A DNA stretch of 64,000 bases. It comes from Anas platyrhynchos (taxonomy: Eukaryota). The translations under genes were made by a program, and so were the position numbers. The DNA lies in the NCBI RefSeq assembly GCF_047663525.1, contig NC_092617.1:5511550-5575549 (forward strand), written 5' to 3'. Shown piece by piece: positions 21,700-31,359 of this stretch (positions within the stretch are counted from its first letter, which is position 1; each line of letters starts with the position of its first letter). The notes under the pieces were generated by a model that was given only the letters and a program-made list of their open reading frames with translations, was not told the origin of the DNA and made no database searches.

Positions 21700-22745
21700 A
21701 GTGACGTCACTCGGAACGCCCCCCGTGACGTCACTTCCCCCCCCCCGGTCCCCTCCGTGTGACGTCATTGCTTCAGATCCCCCCCTATAGGCCCGTTAGG
21801 CCTCGCCCCGGTGACGTCACGGACACTTCCTGTGACGTCACGGGGGCCGTGACCCCGCCCCCGTGACCTCTGACCCCGCCCCGTGACCTTTGACCCCTCC
21901 CTGTGACCTTTGACCCCCCCCATCCTGACCCCTGACCCCCTGGGACCCGTCACCCCCCTGTGGCCGATGCCCCCCCCTTGTGACCCCTCCCCCGTGACCT
22001 TTGACCCCAAGTGACCCCGGTGACCCCTGCCCGTGACCTTTGACCCCGCGGTGACCCCTGACCCCCTCCCCATGACCTTTGACCCCCCCATGACCCCCAA
22101 CCCCCCATGACCCACGTGACCAATTCCCCCTTGACCCCTGCCCCCCGTGACCCCTGACCCCTTTGTGACCCCGCCCCCGTGACCTTTGACCCCACCGTGA
22201 CCCCAACCGTGACCCCTGACCCCCCAGTGACCCCTCCCCATGACCTTTGACCCCCCCATGACCCCTAACCCCCCCGTGACCCACGTGACCAATTCCCCCT
22301 TGACCCCTTTCCCCCGTGACCCCTGACCCCTCTGTGACCCCACCCCATGACCTTTGACCCCACCGTGACCCTGAGGGTGACCTTTGACCCCTGGGTGACC
22401 CCTTACCGTGACCTTTGACCCCCCCATGACCCCTAACGCCCCTATGACCCACGTGACCAATTCCCCCCTTGACCCCTGCCCCCCGTGACCCCTGACCCCT
22501 TGTGACCCCACCCCGTGACCTTTGACCCCGCCGTGACCCTGACCGTGACCTTTGACCCCTGGGTGACCTTTGACCCCCCTCCCCATGACCTTTGACCCCC
22601 CCATGCCCCCTAACCCCCCTGTGACCCAATACCCACTTGACCCCTGCCCCCGTGACCCCTGACCCCTCTGTGACCCCACCCCGTGACCTTTGACCCCGCC
22701 GTGACCCTGAGGGTGACCTTTGACCCCTGGGTGACCTTTGACCCC
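21700..22745. repeat. OSGEP intron 1: five CRE sites in the first 150 bp, then a ~13-15 bp C-rich minisatellite (GTGACCCCTGACCCC / GTGACCTTTGACCCC)
   Basis: tgacgtca at about 21703, 21727, 21762, 21814 and 21833. More than 15 copies of TGACCTTTGACCC (the rc GGGTCAAAGGTCA is a perfect DR1 half-site pair). Confidence 0.85.
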
Positions 22746-22749
22746 GCAG

Positions 22750-22869
22750 GCTTCGCCCCCGGCCCCACGGGGCGGCACCACCGGGGGGCGGTGCTGGGGC
22801 TGGTGGCCGACGCCCTGCGGGAGGCCGGGCTCGGGCCCCGCGACATCGACGCCGTCGCCTTCACCCGCG
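22750..22869 (+). CDS. OSGEP: OSGEP exon 2
   Basis: Acceptor accccgcag|G. (G)FAPGPTGRHHRGAVLGLVADALREAGLGPRDIDAVAFTR(G), versus human [41 protein letters not shown]. Donor G|GTCAGT. Confidence 0.9.
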
Positions 22870-22874
22870 GTCAG

Positions 22875-25105
22875 TGGCGTGTGTTTGGCGTGTCCTTAGC
22901 GTGTGCTTAGCATGTGCTTAGCATGTTCTTAGGGTGTGCTTGGTGTGGCCTTAACATGGCCTTAATGTGTCCTTTGTATGTCCTTAGTGTCTCCTTAACG
23001 TGTCCTTAGCATGTCCTTAGCGTGTCCTTGGCATGTGCTTGGTGTGTGCTTGGCGTGTCCTTAGCATGGTCTTAGTGTGTGCTTCATGTGGCCTTGGAAT
23101 GGCTTTAATGTGTCCTTTGTATGTCCTTAGGTTGGCCTTAATCTGTTCTTAGTGTGTGCTTAGTGTGTGCTTAGCATGTCCTTAGCATGTGCTTAGTGTG
23201 TCCTTAGTGTGTGCTTAGCATGTGCTTCATGTGGCCTTGGTGTGGCCTTAATGTGTCCTTTGTATGTCCTTAGATTGGCCTTAATCTGTCCTTAGCGTGT
23301 CCTTAATATGTGCTTAGCGTGTTCTTAGCATGTGCTTAGTGCGTGCTTAGTGTGTGCTTAGCGTGTCCTTGGAGTGTGCTTAGTATGTGCTTAGTATGTT
23401 CTTAGCGTGTGCTTGATGTGTGCTTCGTGTGTCCTTGGTGTGGCCTTAATATGACCTTTGTATGTCCTTAGGTTGTCCTTAATCTGTCCTTAGTGTCTCC
23501 TTAATATGTGCTTAGCGTGTTCTTAGTGTGCCCTTAGTGTGTGCTTGGTGTGTGCTTGGCGTGTGCTTAGCATGTGAATAGCATGTGCTCAGTGTGTCCT
23601 TCATGTGGCCTTAACATGGCCTTAATGTGTCCTTTGTATGTCCTTAGGTTGTCCTTAATCTGTCCATGGTGTCTCCTTAACATGTCCTTAGCATGTCCTT
23701 AGCATGTTCTTAGCGTGTCCTTAGTATGGTCTTAGCATGTGCTTCATGTGGCCTTGGTGTGGCCTTGGTGTGGCCTTAATGTGGCCTTTGTATGTCCTTA
23801 GGTTGGCCTTAATCTGTCCTTAGCATGTCCTTAGTGTGTGCTTAGCGTGTTCTTAGCATGTGCTTGGCGTGTCCTTAGTATGTGCTTAGCATGTGCTTGG
23901 TGTGTGCTTCGTGTGGCCTTGGTGTGGCCTTAATGTGGCCTTTGTATGTCCTTAGGTTGGCCTTAATCTGTCCTTAGCGTGTGCTTAGCATGTCCTTAGC
24001 ATGTCCTTAGCATGTGCTTAGTGTGTCCTTAGTGTGTGCTTGGTGTGTGCTTAGCGTGTGCTTCGTGTGGCCTTGGTGTGGCCTTAATGTGTCCTTTGTA
24101 TGTCCTTAGGTTGGCCTTAATCTGTCCTTAGCGTGTCCTTAGTGTGTGCTTAGCGTGTTCTTAGCATGTGCTTAGTGTGTTCTTAGTGTGTGCTTGGCGT
24201 GTGCTTGGTGTGGCCTTGGTGTGGCCTTAACATGTCCTTAATGTGGCCTTTGTATGTCCTTAACCAGTCCTTAGCGTCTCCTTAACATGTGCTTAGCATG
24301 TCCTTAGCGTGTGCTTAGTGTGTGCTTGGTGTGTGCTTCATGTGGCCTTGGTGTGGCCTTAATGTGTCCTTTCTATGTCCTTAGGTTGGCCTTAATCAGT
24401 CCATGGTGTCTCCTTAATGTGTCCTTAGCATGTCCTTAGCGTGTTCTTAGTGTGTCTTTAGAGTGTGCTTAGTATGTTCTTAGCATGTGCTTGGTGTGTC
24501 CTTGGTGTGGCCTTAACATGTCCTTTGTATGTCCTTAGGTTTTCCTTATTTTGTCCTTAGTGTGTCCTAAGTGTGTACTTAGCGTGTCCTTAGCGTGTCC
24601 TTATCATGTGCTTGGCATGTTCTTAGTGTGTGCTTGGTGTGTGCTTGGTGTGTGCTTCGTGTGGCCTTGGTGTGTCCTTAATGTGGCCTTTGTATGTCCT
24701 TAGTGTCTCCTTAACATGTCCTTAGCATGTTCTTAGCATGTGCTTGGCATGTTCTTGGCATGTGCTTAGCATGTGTTTCATGTGGCCTTGGTGTGGCCTT
24801 AACATGTCCTTAGTATGGCCTTGGTGTGGCCTTAACCTGGCCTTAACATGTCCTTTGCATGTCCTTATGTTGGCCTTAATCTGTCCTTAGCGTGTCCTTA
24901 GTGTGTGCTTAGCGTGTTCTTAGAATGACCTTAGTGTGTCCTTAGTATGTTCTTAGCATGTGCTTGGCATGTGCTTGGCGTGTGCTTCATGTGGCCTTGG
25001 CGTGGCCTTAATGTGTCCTTTGTATGTCCTTAGGGTGTCCTTAATCTGTCCTTAGCATGTCCTTAATATGTGCTTAGCGTGTTCTTAGCGTGTTCTTAGC
25101 GTGTC
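22875..25105. repeat. OSGEP intron 2: ~10-11 bp GTGTCCTTAG/GTGTGCTTAG minisatellite organised in ~160-180 bp higher-order units
   Basis: catgtggccttggtgtggccttaatgtgtcctttgtatgtccttaggttggccttaatctgtccttag recurs about 13 times. The same short motif fills the 95-bp intron 4 (26359-26453). Confidence 0.9.
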
Positions 25106-25123
25106 GTCCCCCCCCCCCCGCAG

Positions 25124-25299
25124 GCCCCGGCATGGGGGCGCCGCTGGCGGTGGTGGCGGTGGTGGCGCGGACGCTGGCGCAGCTCTGGGACCGGCCCCTG
25201 CTGGGGGTCAACCACTGCGTGGGGCACATCGAGATGGGGCGCCTGCTGGCCCGCGCCCGCGACCCCCTCGTGCTCTACGTCAGCGGCGGCAACACGCAG
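25124..25299 (+). CDS. OSGEP: OSGEP exon 3 (metal-binding HxxGH…EMG motif)
   Basis: Acceptor cccccccccccgcag|[59 protein letters not shown]. Donor CAG|GTAGGC. Confidence 0.92.
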
Positions 25300-25309
25300 G
25301 TAGGCCCCC

Positions 25310-26255
25310 CTCCCCTCCCCTGTCGCGATAGCGGGCGATAGCGGGCGATATCGGCGTTATATCGCACGATATCGGCATTATATCGCACGATATTGGCGTT
25401 ATATCGCGCGATATTAGCAATATATTGCACGATATTGGCGTTATATTGCACGATATGGCATTATATCGCACGATATCGGCATTATATCGCGCGATATCAG
25501 CGTTACATCAGGCGATATCAGCATTATATCACACGACGTTGGCATTATATTGCATGATACGGCATTGTATCGCACGATATCGGCGTTATATCGCACAATA
25601 TTGGCATTATATCAGGCGATATTGGTGTTATATGGCACGATATTGGCATTATATTGCGCGATATGGGCACTATATTGGGCAATATTGGCATTATATCGTG
25701 AGATATCGGTATTATATCGTGAGATATCAGCATTATATCACGATATATTGCCATGATATTGGTGTTATAACCTGAGATATTGGTCTTTTATCGTGAGATA
25801 TCACGAAATCCTGCACGATACTGTGATTATATCACACGATAGTGAGCGGTATCGTGAAATATCACGGGCTATCACACAATATCGTGCAATATAACGCGAT
25901 ATCCCGCGACGTCACGCAGTATTATGGGATATCGTGGGGGCATTGCTGCGATATCACGGGGGTATCGCGGGATATCTCGTGGTATCATGGGGATATCATG
26001 CGATATCTCGCGATATCATGGGGGTATTGTGCGATATCTTGCGATATCATGAGATATCGCGCAATATCTCGCGATATCATGGGGATATAGTACGATATCT
26101 TGTGATATCATGGGGATATCTCATGATATCATGGGGATATTTTGCAATATCGTGGGATATCACGCGATATCTCACGATATCATGGGGATAATATGGGATA
26201 TCGCGCGATACCTTGCGATATCACGCCCTATCGTGACATATCACGGGGTCCCCCC
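25310..26255. repeat. OSGEP intron 3: ~20-bp CGATATCG-core minisatellite arranged as two inverted half-arrays (quasi-palindrome)
   Basis: Left arm 25320-25800 is tatatcgcacgatatcggcat units. Right arm 25830-26250 is the reverse-complement form (gcgatatcatggggatatc…). The centre lies near 25800-25830. Confidence 0.8.
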
Positions 26256-26262
26256 CCCCCAG

Positions 26263-26358
26263 GTGATCGCCTTCTCACGCCGGCGCTACCGAATCTTCGG
26301 CGAGACGCTGGACATCGCCGTGGGCAACTGCCTGGACCGCTTCGCACGCGTGCTCAAG
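26263..26358 (+). CDS. OSGEP: OSGEP exon 4
   Basis: Acceptor tccccccccccag|[35 protein letters not shown], versus human [32 protein letters not shown]. Donor AAG|GTGGGG. Confidence 0.92.
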
Positions 26359-26453
26359 GTGGGGACCCCCCCCGCGTCACACGCGTGTCCTTAGCGTGTC
26401 CTTGCGTGTTCTTGGCGTGTTCTTAGCGTGTTCTTGGCGTGTCCTCCCCACAG

Positions 26454-26503
26454 ATCTCCAACGACCCCAGCCCCGGCTACAACATCGAGCAGATGGCCAA
26501 GAG
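26454..26503 (+). CDS. OSGEP: OSGEP exon 5
   Basis: Acceptor tcctccccacag|ATC. ISNDPSPGYNIEQMAK(R), identical to human. Donor AG|GTGAGC. Confidence 0.92.
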
Positions 26504-26636
26504 GTGAGCGAGGCGACCCCAAAATAGCCCAAAATTAACCAAAATTAACCAAAATGGAGCAAAATAACCCCAAAATGGACCAAAATGGACTAAAATGGAC
26601 CAAAATGGACTAAAATGACCCCAAAATTGGCCGCAG
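26504..26636. repeat. OSGEP intron 5 (133 bp): CCAAAATGGAC short tandem repeat
   Basis: ccaaaattaaccaaaattaaccaaaatggagcaaaataaccccaaaatggaccaaaatggactaaaatggacc. Confidence 0.8.
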
Positions 26637-26715
26637 GGGGAGCAAGCTGGTGGAGCTGCCCTACGTGGTGAAGGGAATGGACGTCTCCTTCTCGGGGCTG
26701 CTGTCGCACGTCGAG
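26637..26715 (+). CDS. OSGEP: OSGEP exon 6
   Basis: Acceptor ccgcag|G. (R)[26 protein letters not shown], versus human [27 protein letters not shown]. Donor GAG|GTGAGG. Confidence 0.92.
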
Positions 26716-26724
26716 GTGAGGACC

Positions 26725-28635
26725 CCAAAGACCCCAAAAGGGCCCAAAAAACCCCAAAATGTCCCCAAAAGCCCCCAAATGTCCCCAAAATCCCCGAAAG
26801 GACCCAAAAGACCCCAAAAGGGCTTAAACGTCCCTAAAAGGGTCGTGATGTCATCAAGAGCCCAAAGTCTCCAAGAGGAACCCAACGACCCCAAAATGTC
26901 CTCAAAGACCCCAAAGACCCGAAAATGTCCCCAAAGACCCCAAAAGATCCCAAAAGACCCCAAAATGTCCCAAAAATCTCCCAAATGTCCCCAAAATCCC
27001 CGAAAGGACCTAAATGTCCCTAAAAGGGTCGTGATGTCATCAAGAGCCCGTTGTCCCCAAAAGGAACCCAATGACCCCAAAAGATCCCAAAAGACCCCAA
27101 AATGTCCCAAAAATCCCCAAAATGTCCCAATAATCCCCCAAATGTCCCCAAATTCCCCAAAAGGACCTAAATGTCCCTAAAAGGGTCGTGACGTCATCAA
27201 GACCCCAAAGTCCCCAAGAGGAACCCAACGACCCCAAAATGTCCCCAAAGACCCCAAAAGGACCCCAAAGACCCCAAAAGGGCCCAAAAGACCCCAAAAT
27301 GTCCCCAAAATCCCCAAAAGGACCCAAAAGACCCCAAAAGGACTTAAATGGCCCTAAAAGGGTTGTGACGTCATCAAGACCCCAAAGTCTCCAAGAGGAA
27401 CCCAACGACCCCAAAATGTCCTCAAAGACCCCAAAAGGACCCCAAAGACCCCAAAAGGGCCCAAAAGACCCCAAAATGTCCCCAAAATCCCCAAAAGGAC
27501 CCAAAAGACCCCAAAAGGGCTTAAACGTCCCTAAAAGGGTTGTGACGTCATCAAGAGCCCAAAGTCTCCAAGAGGAACCCAACGACCCCAAAATGTCCTC
27601 AAAGACCCCAAAATGTCCCCAAAGACCCCAAAAAGTCCCAAAAGACCCCAAAATGTCCCCAACCCCCCCCCAATGTCCCCAAAAGGACCTAAATGTCCCT
27701 AAAAGGGTCGTGATGTCATCAAGACCCCAGAGTCCCCAAGAAGAACCCAATGACCCCAAGAGGAACCCAAAGACCCCAAAAGATCCCAAAAGACCCCAAA
27801 ATGTCCCAAAACTCCCCCAAATGTCCCCAAAAGCCCCCAAATGTCCCCAAAATCCCCAAAAGGACCTAAGTGTCCCTAAAAGGGTCGTGACGTCATCAAG
27901 AGCCTAAAGTCCCCAAGAGGAACTCAATGACCCCAAGAGGAACCCAAAGACCCCAAAAACTCCCAAAAGACCCCAAAATGTCCCCAAAGACCCCAAAAGG
28001 GCCCAAAAGACCCCAAAATGTCCCCAAAATCCCCGAAAGGACCCAAAAGACCCCAAAAGGACTTAAACGTCCCTAAAAGGGTTGTGACGTCATCAAGACC
28101 CCAAAGTCTCCAAGAGGAACCCAACGACCCCAAAAGGTCCCCAAAGACCCCAAAAGTCCCGAAAGACCCCAAAATGTCCCAAAAATCCCCAAAATGTCCC
28201 AAAACTCCCCCAAATGTCCCAAAAATCCCCAAAAGGACCGAAGTGTCCCTAAAAGGGTCGTGATGTCATCAAGACCCAAAGTCCCCAAGAGGAATTCAAC
28301 GACCCCAAGAGAACCCTGAAGACCCCAAAAGATCCCAAAAGACCCCAAAATGTCCCAAAAATCCCCAAAATGTCCCAATAATCCCCCAAATGTCCCCAAA
28401 GTCCCCAAAAGGACCGAAATGTCCCTAAAAGGGTTGTGACGTCATCAAGAGCCCAAAGTCCCTAAGAGGAACCCAACGACCCCAAAAGGTCCCCAAAGAC
28501 CCCAAAAGACCCCAAAGACCCCAAAAAGTCCCCAAAGACCCCAAAATGTCCCCAAAAATCCCCCAAATGTCCCCAAAATCCCCAAAAGGACCTAAGTGTC
28601 CCTAAAAGGGTCATGACGTCATCAAGTCCCCTCCC
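26725..28635. repeat. OSGEP intron 6: ~175-180 bp tandem repeat, ~11 copies, each with a GTCGTGACGTCATCAAGA (CRE-like) core
   Basis: Units start near 26840, 27030, 27185, 27365, 27545, 27710, 27885, 28080, 28260, 28440 and 28610. K/P-rich repeat-translation ORFs of the [14 protein letters not shown] type on both strands. Confidence 0.9.
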
Positions 28636-28642
28636 CCCCCAG

Positions 28643-28708
28643 GCGGTCGCCCCCCGGCTCCTGGCCACCGGCGAGGCCACCGCTGAGGACCTCTGCTTCT
28701 CCCTACAG
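28643..28708 (+). CDS. OSGEP: OSGEP exon 7
   Basis: Acceptor ctcccccccag|GCG. [22 protein letters not shown], versus human [22 protein letters not shown]. Donor CAG|GTTTTG. Confidence 0.9.
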
Positions 28709-28709
28709 G

Positions 28710-30925
28710 TTTTGGGGCAAATTCTGGCGATTTTGGGGTTCCTGGGCGAAGGGGTTGGATATTAAAGGGATTTGGGGGCAAATTATGGGGTTTTGGGGGG
28801 GTTTTAGGGGGTTTTGGGGTTCTTAAGGGGCTTTGGGGGGGCTTCAAGGGGTTTTGGGGTGGATTATGGGGGGTTGGGGGAGGTCTTCATGGGGTTTTGG
28901 GGGAAATTTATGGGGTTTTGGTTTTTTTTAGGGGTTTTGGGGGGATTTTATGGGGTTTTGGGGTTCTTAATGGGTTTTGAGGGGTTTTGGGGCGGTTTTA
29001 GGGGGTTTTGGGGTTCTTAAGGGGCTTGGGGGAGCTTCAAGGGGTTTTGGGGTGAATTATGGGGGGTTGGGGGAGGTCTTCATGGGGTTTTGGGGGGAAT
29101 TTATGGGGTTTTGGGGGTTTTTAGGGGTTTTGGGGGGATTTTATGGGGTTTTGGGCTTTTTAAGGGGTTTTGAGGGGATTTGGGGGGATTTTACGGGGTT
29201 TTGGGGTTCTTAAGGGTCTTTGGGGGGGCTTCAAGGGGTTTTGGGGTGGATTATGGGGGGTTGGAGGAGGTCTTCATGGGGTTTTGGGGGGAATTTATGG
29301 GGTTTTGGGGTTTGTAAGAGATTTTGGGGGGAATTTATGGGGTTTTGGGGTTCTTAAGGTTTTTTTGGGGGTACATTCATGGACTTTTGGGATTCTTATG
29401 GGGCTTTGGGGGGTTTTAAGGGGATTTGGGGGGATTTTAAGGGATTTTGAGTATTCTTAAGGAATTTTGAGGGTTCTTAAGGGTTTTTTGGGATCCATTT
29501 ATAGGGTTTTGGGGATAGTTAATGGGTTTTTGGGGGTTTTAAGGGGATTTGGGTGACTTTTAAGGGATTTTTTTGTATATTATGGGTTCTTGAGGTTTCT
29601 TAAGGTTTTTTTGGGATCCATTTATGGACTTTTGGGATTCTTATGGGGATTTTGGGGCATATTTAGGGGATTTTGGGGCATATTTAGGGGATTTGGGGAT
29701 ACGAAGGCGTTGGGCGACGTCAACGGGGTTGGGTGACCCCGTTGGGTCATGGTTGACCCCAAAGGTCATGGGGTGACCCCAAAGGTCACGGGTTGACCCC
29801 AAAGGTCACGGGGCGACCCCGTTGACCCCGTTGACCCCGCAGGAGGTCGTAAAGACTTTTGGGCGGTTCTTAAGGTTTTTTTGGGGTCCATTCAAGGACT
29901 TTTGGGGTTCTTATGGGGCTTTGGGGGGTTTTAAGGGGATTTGGGGGGATTTTAAGGGATTTTGAGTATTTTTAAGGATTTTTGGGGGTTCTTAAGGGTT
30001 TTTTGGGGTCCATTTATAGGGTTTTGGGGATAGTTTATGGGTTTTGTGCATTTTTAAGGGGATTTGGGGGAATTCTAAGGGATTTTGTGTATTCTTAAGG
30101 AGTTTTTGGGTATGCTTAAGGTTTTTTGGGGTACATTCACGACCTTTTGGGATTCTTATGGGGATTTTGGGGCATATTTAGGGGATTTTGGGATACGAAG
30201 GCATTGGGCGACGTCAACGGGGTTGGGCGACCTCAACGGGATCGGTTGACCCCAACGGGACTCCCTTGACCCTATTGGGTCCTGGTTGACCCCAAAGGTC
30301 ATGAGTTGACCCCAAAGGTCACGGGTTGACCCTAAAGGTCACGGGGCGACCCCAAAGGTCACGGGGCGACCCCGTTGACCCCGTTGACCCCGCAGGAGGT
30401 CTTAAAGACTTTTTGGAGGTCCTTAAGGGTTTTTTGGGGTCCATTCATGAACTTTTGGGGTTCTTATGGGGCTTTGGGGGGATTTTAAGGGATTTTGGGT
30501 ATTCTTAAGGATTTTTGAGGGTTCTTAAGGGATTTTTGGGATCCATTCATAGGATTTTGGGGATAGTTTATGGGTTTTCCGTTTTTTTAAGTGGATTCGG
30601 ATAACTTTTAAAGGATTTTTTGTATATTATGGGTTTTTGAGTGTTCTTAAGGGTTTTTTGGGATCCATTCATGACCTTTTGGGATTCTTATGGGGATTTT
30701 GGGGTATATTTAGGGGATTTTGGGGCATATTTAGGGGATTTTAGGATATGAAGGCGTTGGGCGACGTCAACGGGATCGGTTGACCCCAAGGGGACTCTGT
30801 TGACCCCATTGGGTCCTGGTTGACCCCAAAGGTCATGGGTTGACCCCAAAGGTCCCGGGTTGACCCCAAAGGTCACGGGGCGACCCCAAAGGTCACGGGG
30901 CGACCCCGTTGACCCCGCTGACCCC
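28710..30925. repeat. OSGEP intron 7: G-rich GGGGTTTTGGGG-type minisatellite plus a ~540 bp higher-order unit present three times (29700-29853, 30190-30405, 30730-30929)
   Basis: Each higher-order unit ends …tgaccccaaaggtcacggggcgaccccgttgaccccgttgaccccgcag|gag. Only the third is followed by real exon 8. The first two end in pseudo-acceptors at 29841-29842 and 30394-30395. Confidence 0.85.
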
Positions 30926-30929
30926 GCAG

Positions 30930-31020
30930 GAGACGGCGTTCGCCATGCTGGTGGAGGTGACGGAGCGCGCCATGGCCCTGACCCGCGCCCCGGAGCTGCT
31001 GCTGGTGGGCGGGGTCGGCT
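30930..31020 (+). CDS. OSGEP: OSGEP exon 8
   Basis: Acceptor gaccccgcag|[33 protein letters not shown](C), versus human [31 protein letters not shown]. Donor T|GTGAGT. Confidence 0.92.
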
Positions 31021-31100
31021 GTGAGTAGGGGGGGCTGGGGACACATTTTTGGGGCAAAAAACAACGATTTTGGGTACACGGGGTTCACGGCCACCCCACA

Positions 31101-31176
31101 GGCAACCGGCGCCTCCAGGAGATGCTGCAGGAGATGTGCGACGCCCGCGGCGCCCGGCTCTGCGCCAGCGACGAGA
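31101..31176 (+). CDS. OSGEP: OSGEP exon 9
   Basis: Acceptor caccccacag|GC. (C)[24 protein letters not shown](R), versus human [26 protein letters not shown]. Donor AG|GTGGGG. 80-bp introns on either side. Confidence 0.92.
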
Positions 31177-31256
31177 GGTGGGGATAATTTTGGGACGATT
31201 TGGGGTTTTTTGGGGAGTTTTGGGGAGTTTTTGGGGATTTTTTGGGGTGTTTTTAG

Positions 31257-31355
31257 GTTCTGCGTGGACAACGGGGCCATGATCGCCCAGGCCGGGTGGG
31301 AGATGCTGCGGACGGGGCAGGTGACCGACATCGCCCGCTCCGGGGTCACCCAAAG
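31257..31355 (+). CDS. OSGEP: OSGEP exon 10
   Basis: Acceptor gtgtttttag|G. (R)[32 protein letters not shown](R), versus human [34 protein letters not shown]. Donor AG|GTGGGG. Confidence 0.92.
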
Positions 31356-31359
31356 GTGG

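Noticed and set aside
28710-29700. GGGGTTTTGGGG runs resembling ciliate (Oxytricha) telomere repeats.
   Set aside because: Interstitial, imperfect and mixed with other motifs. Not vertebrate TTAGGG. Part of an intronic G-rich minisatellite.
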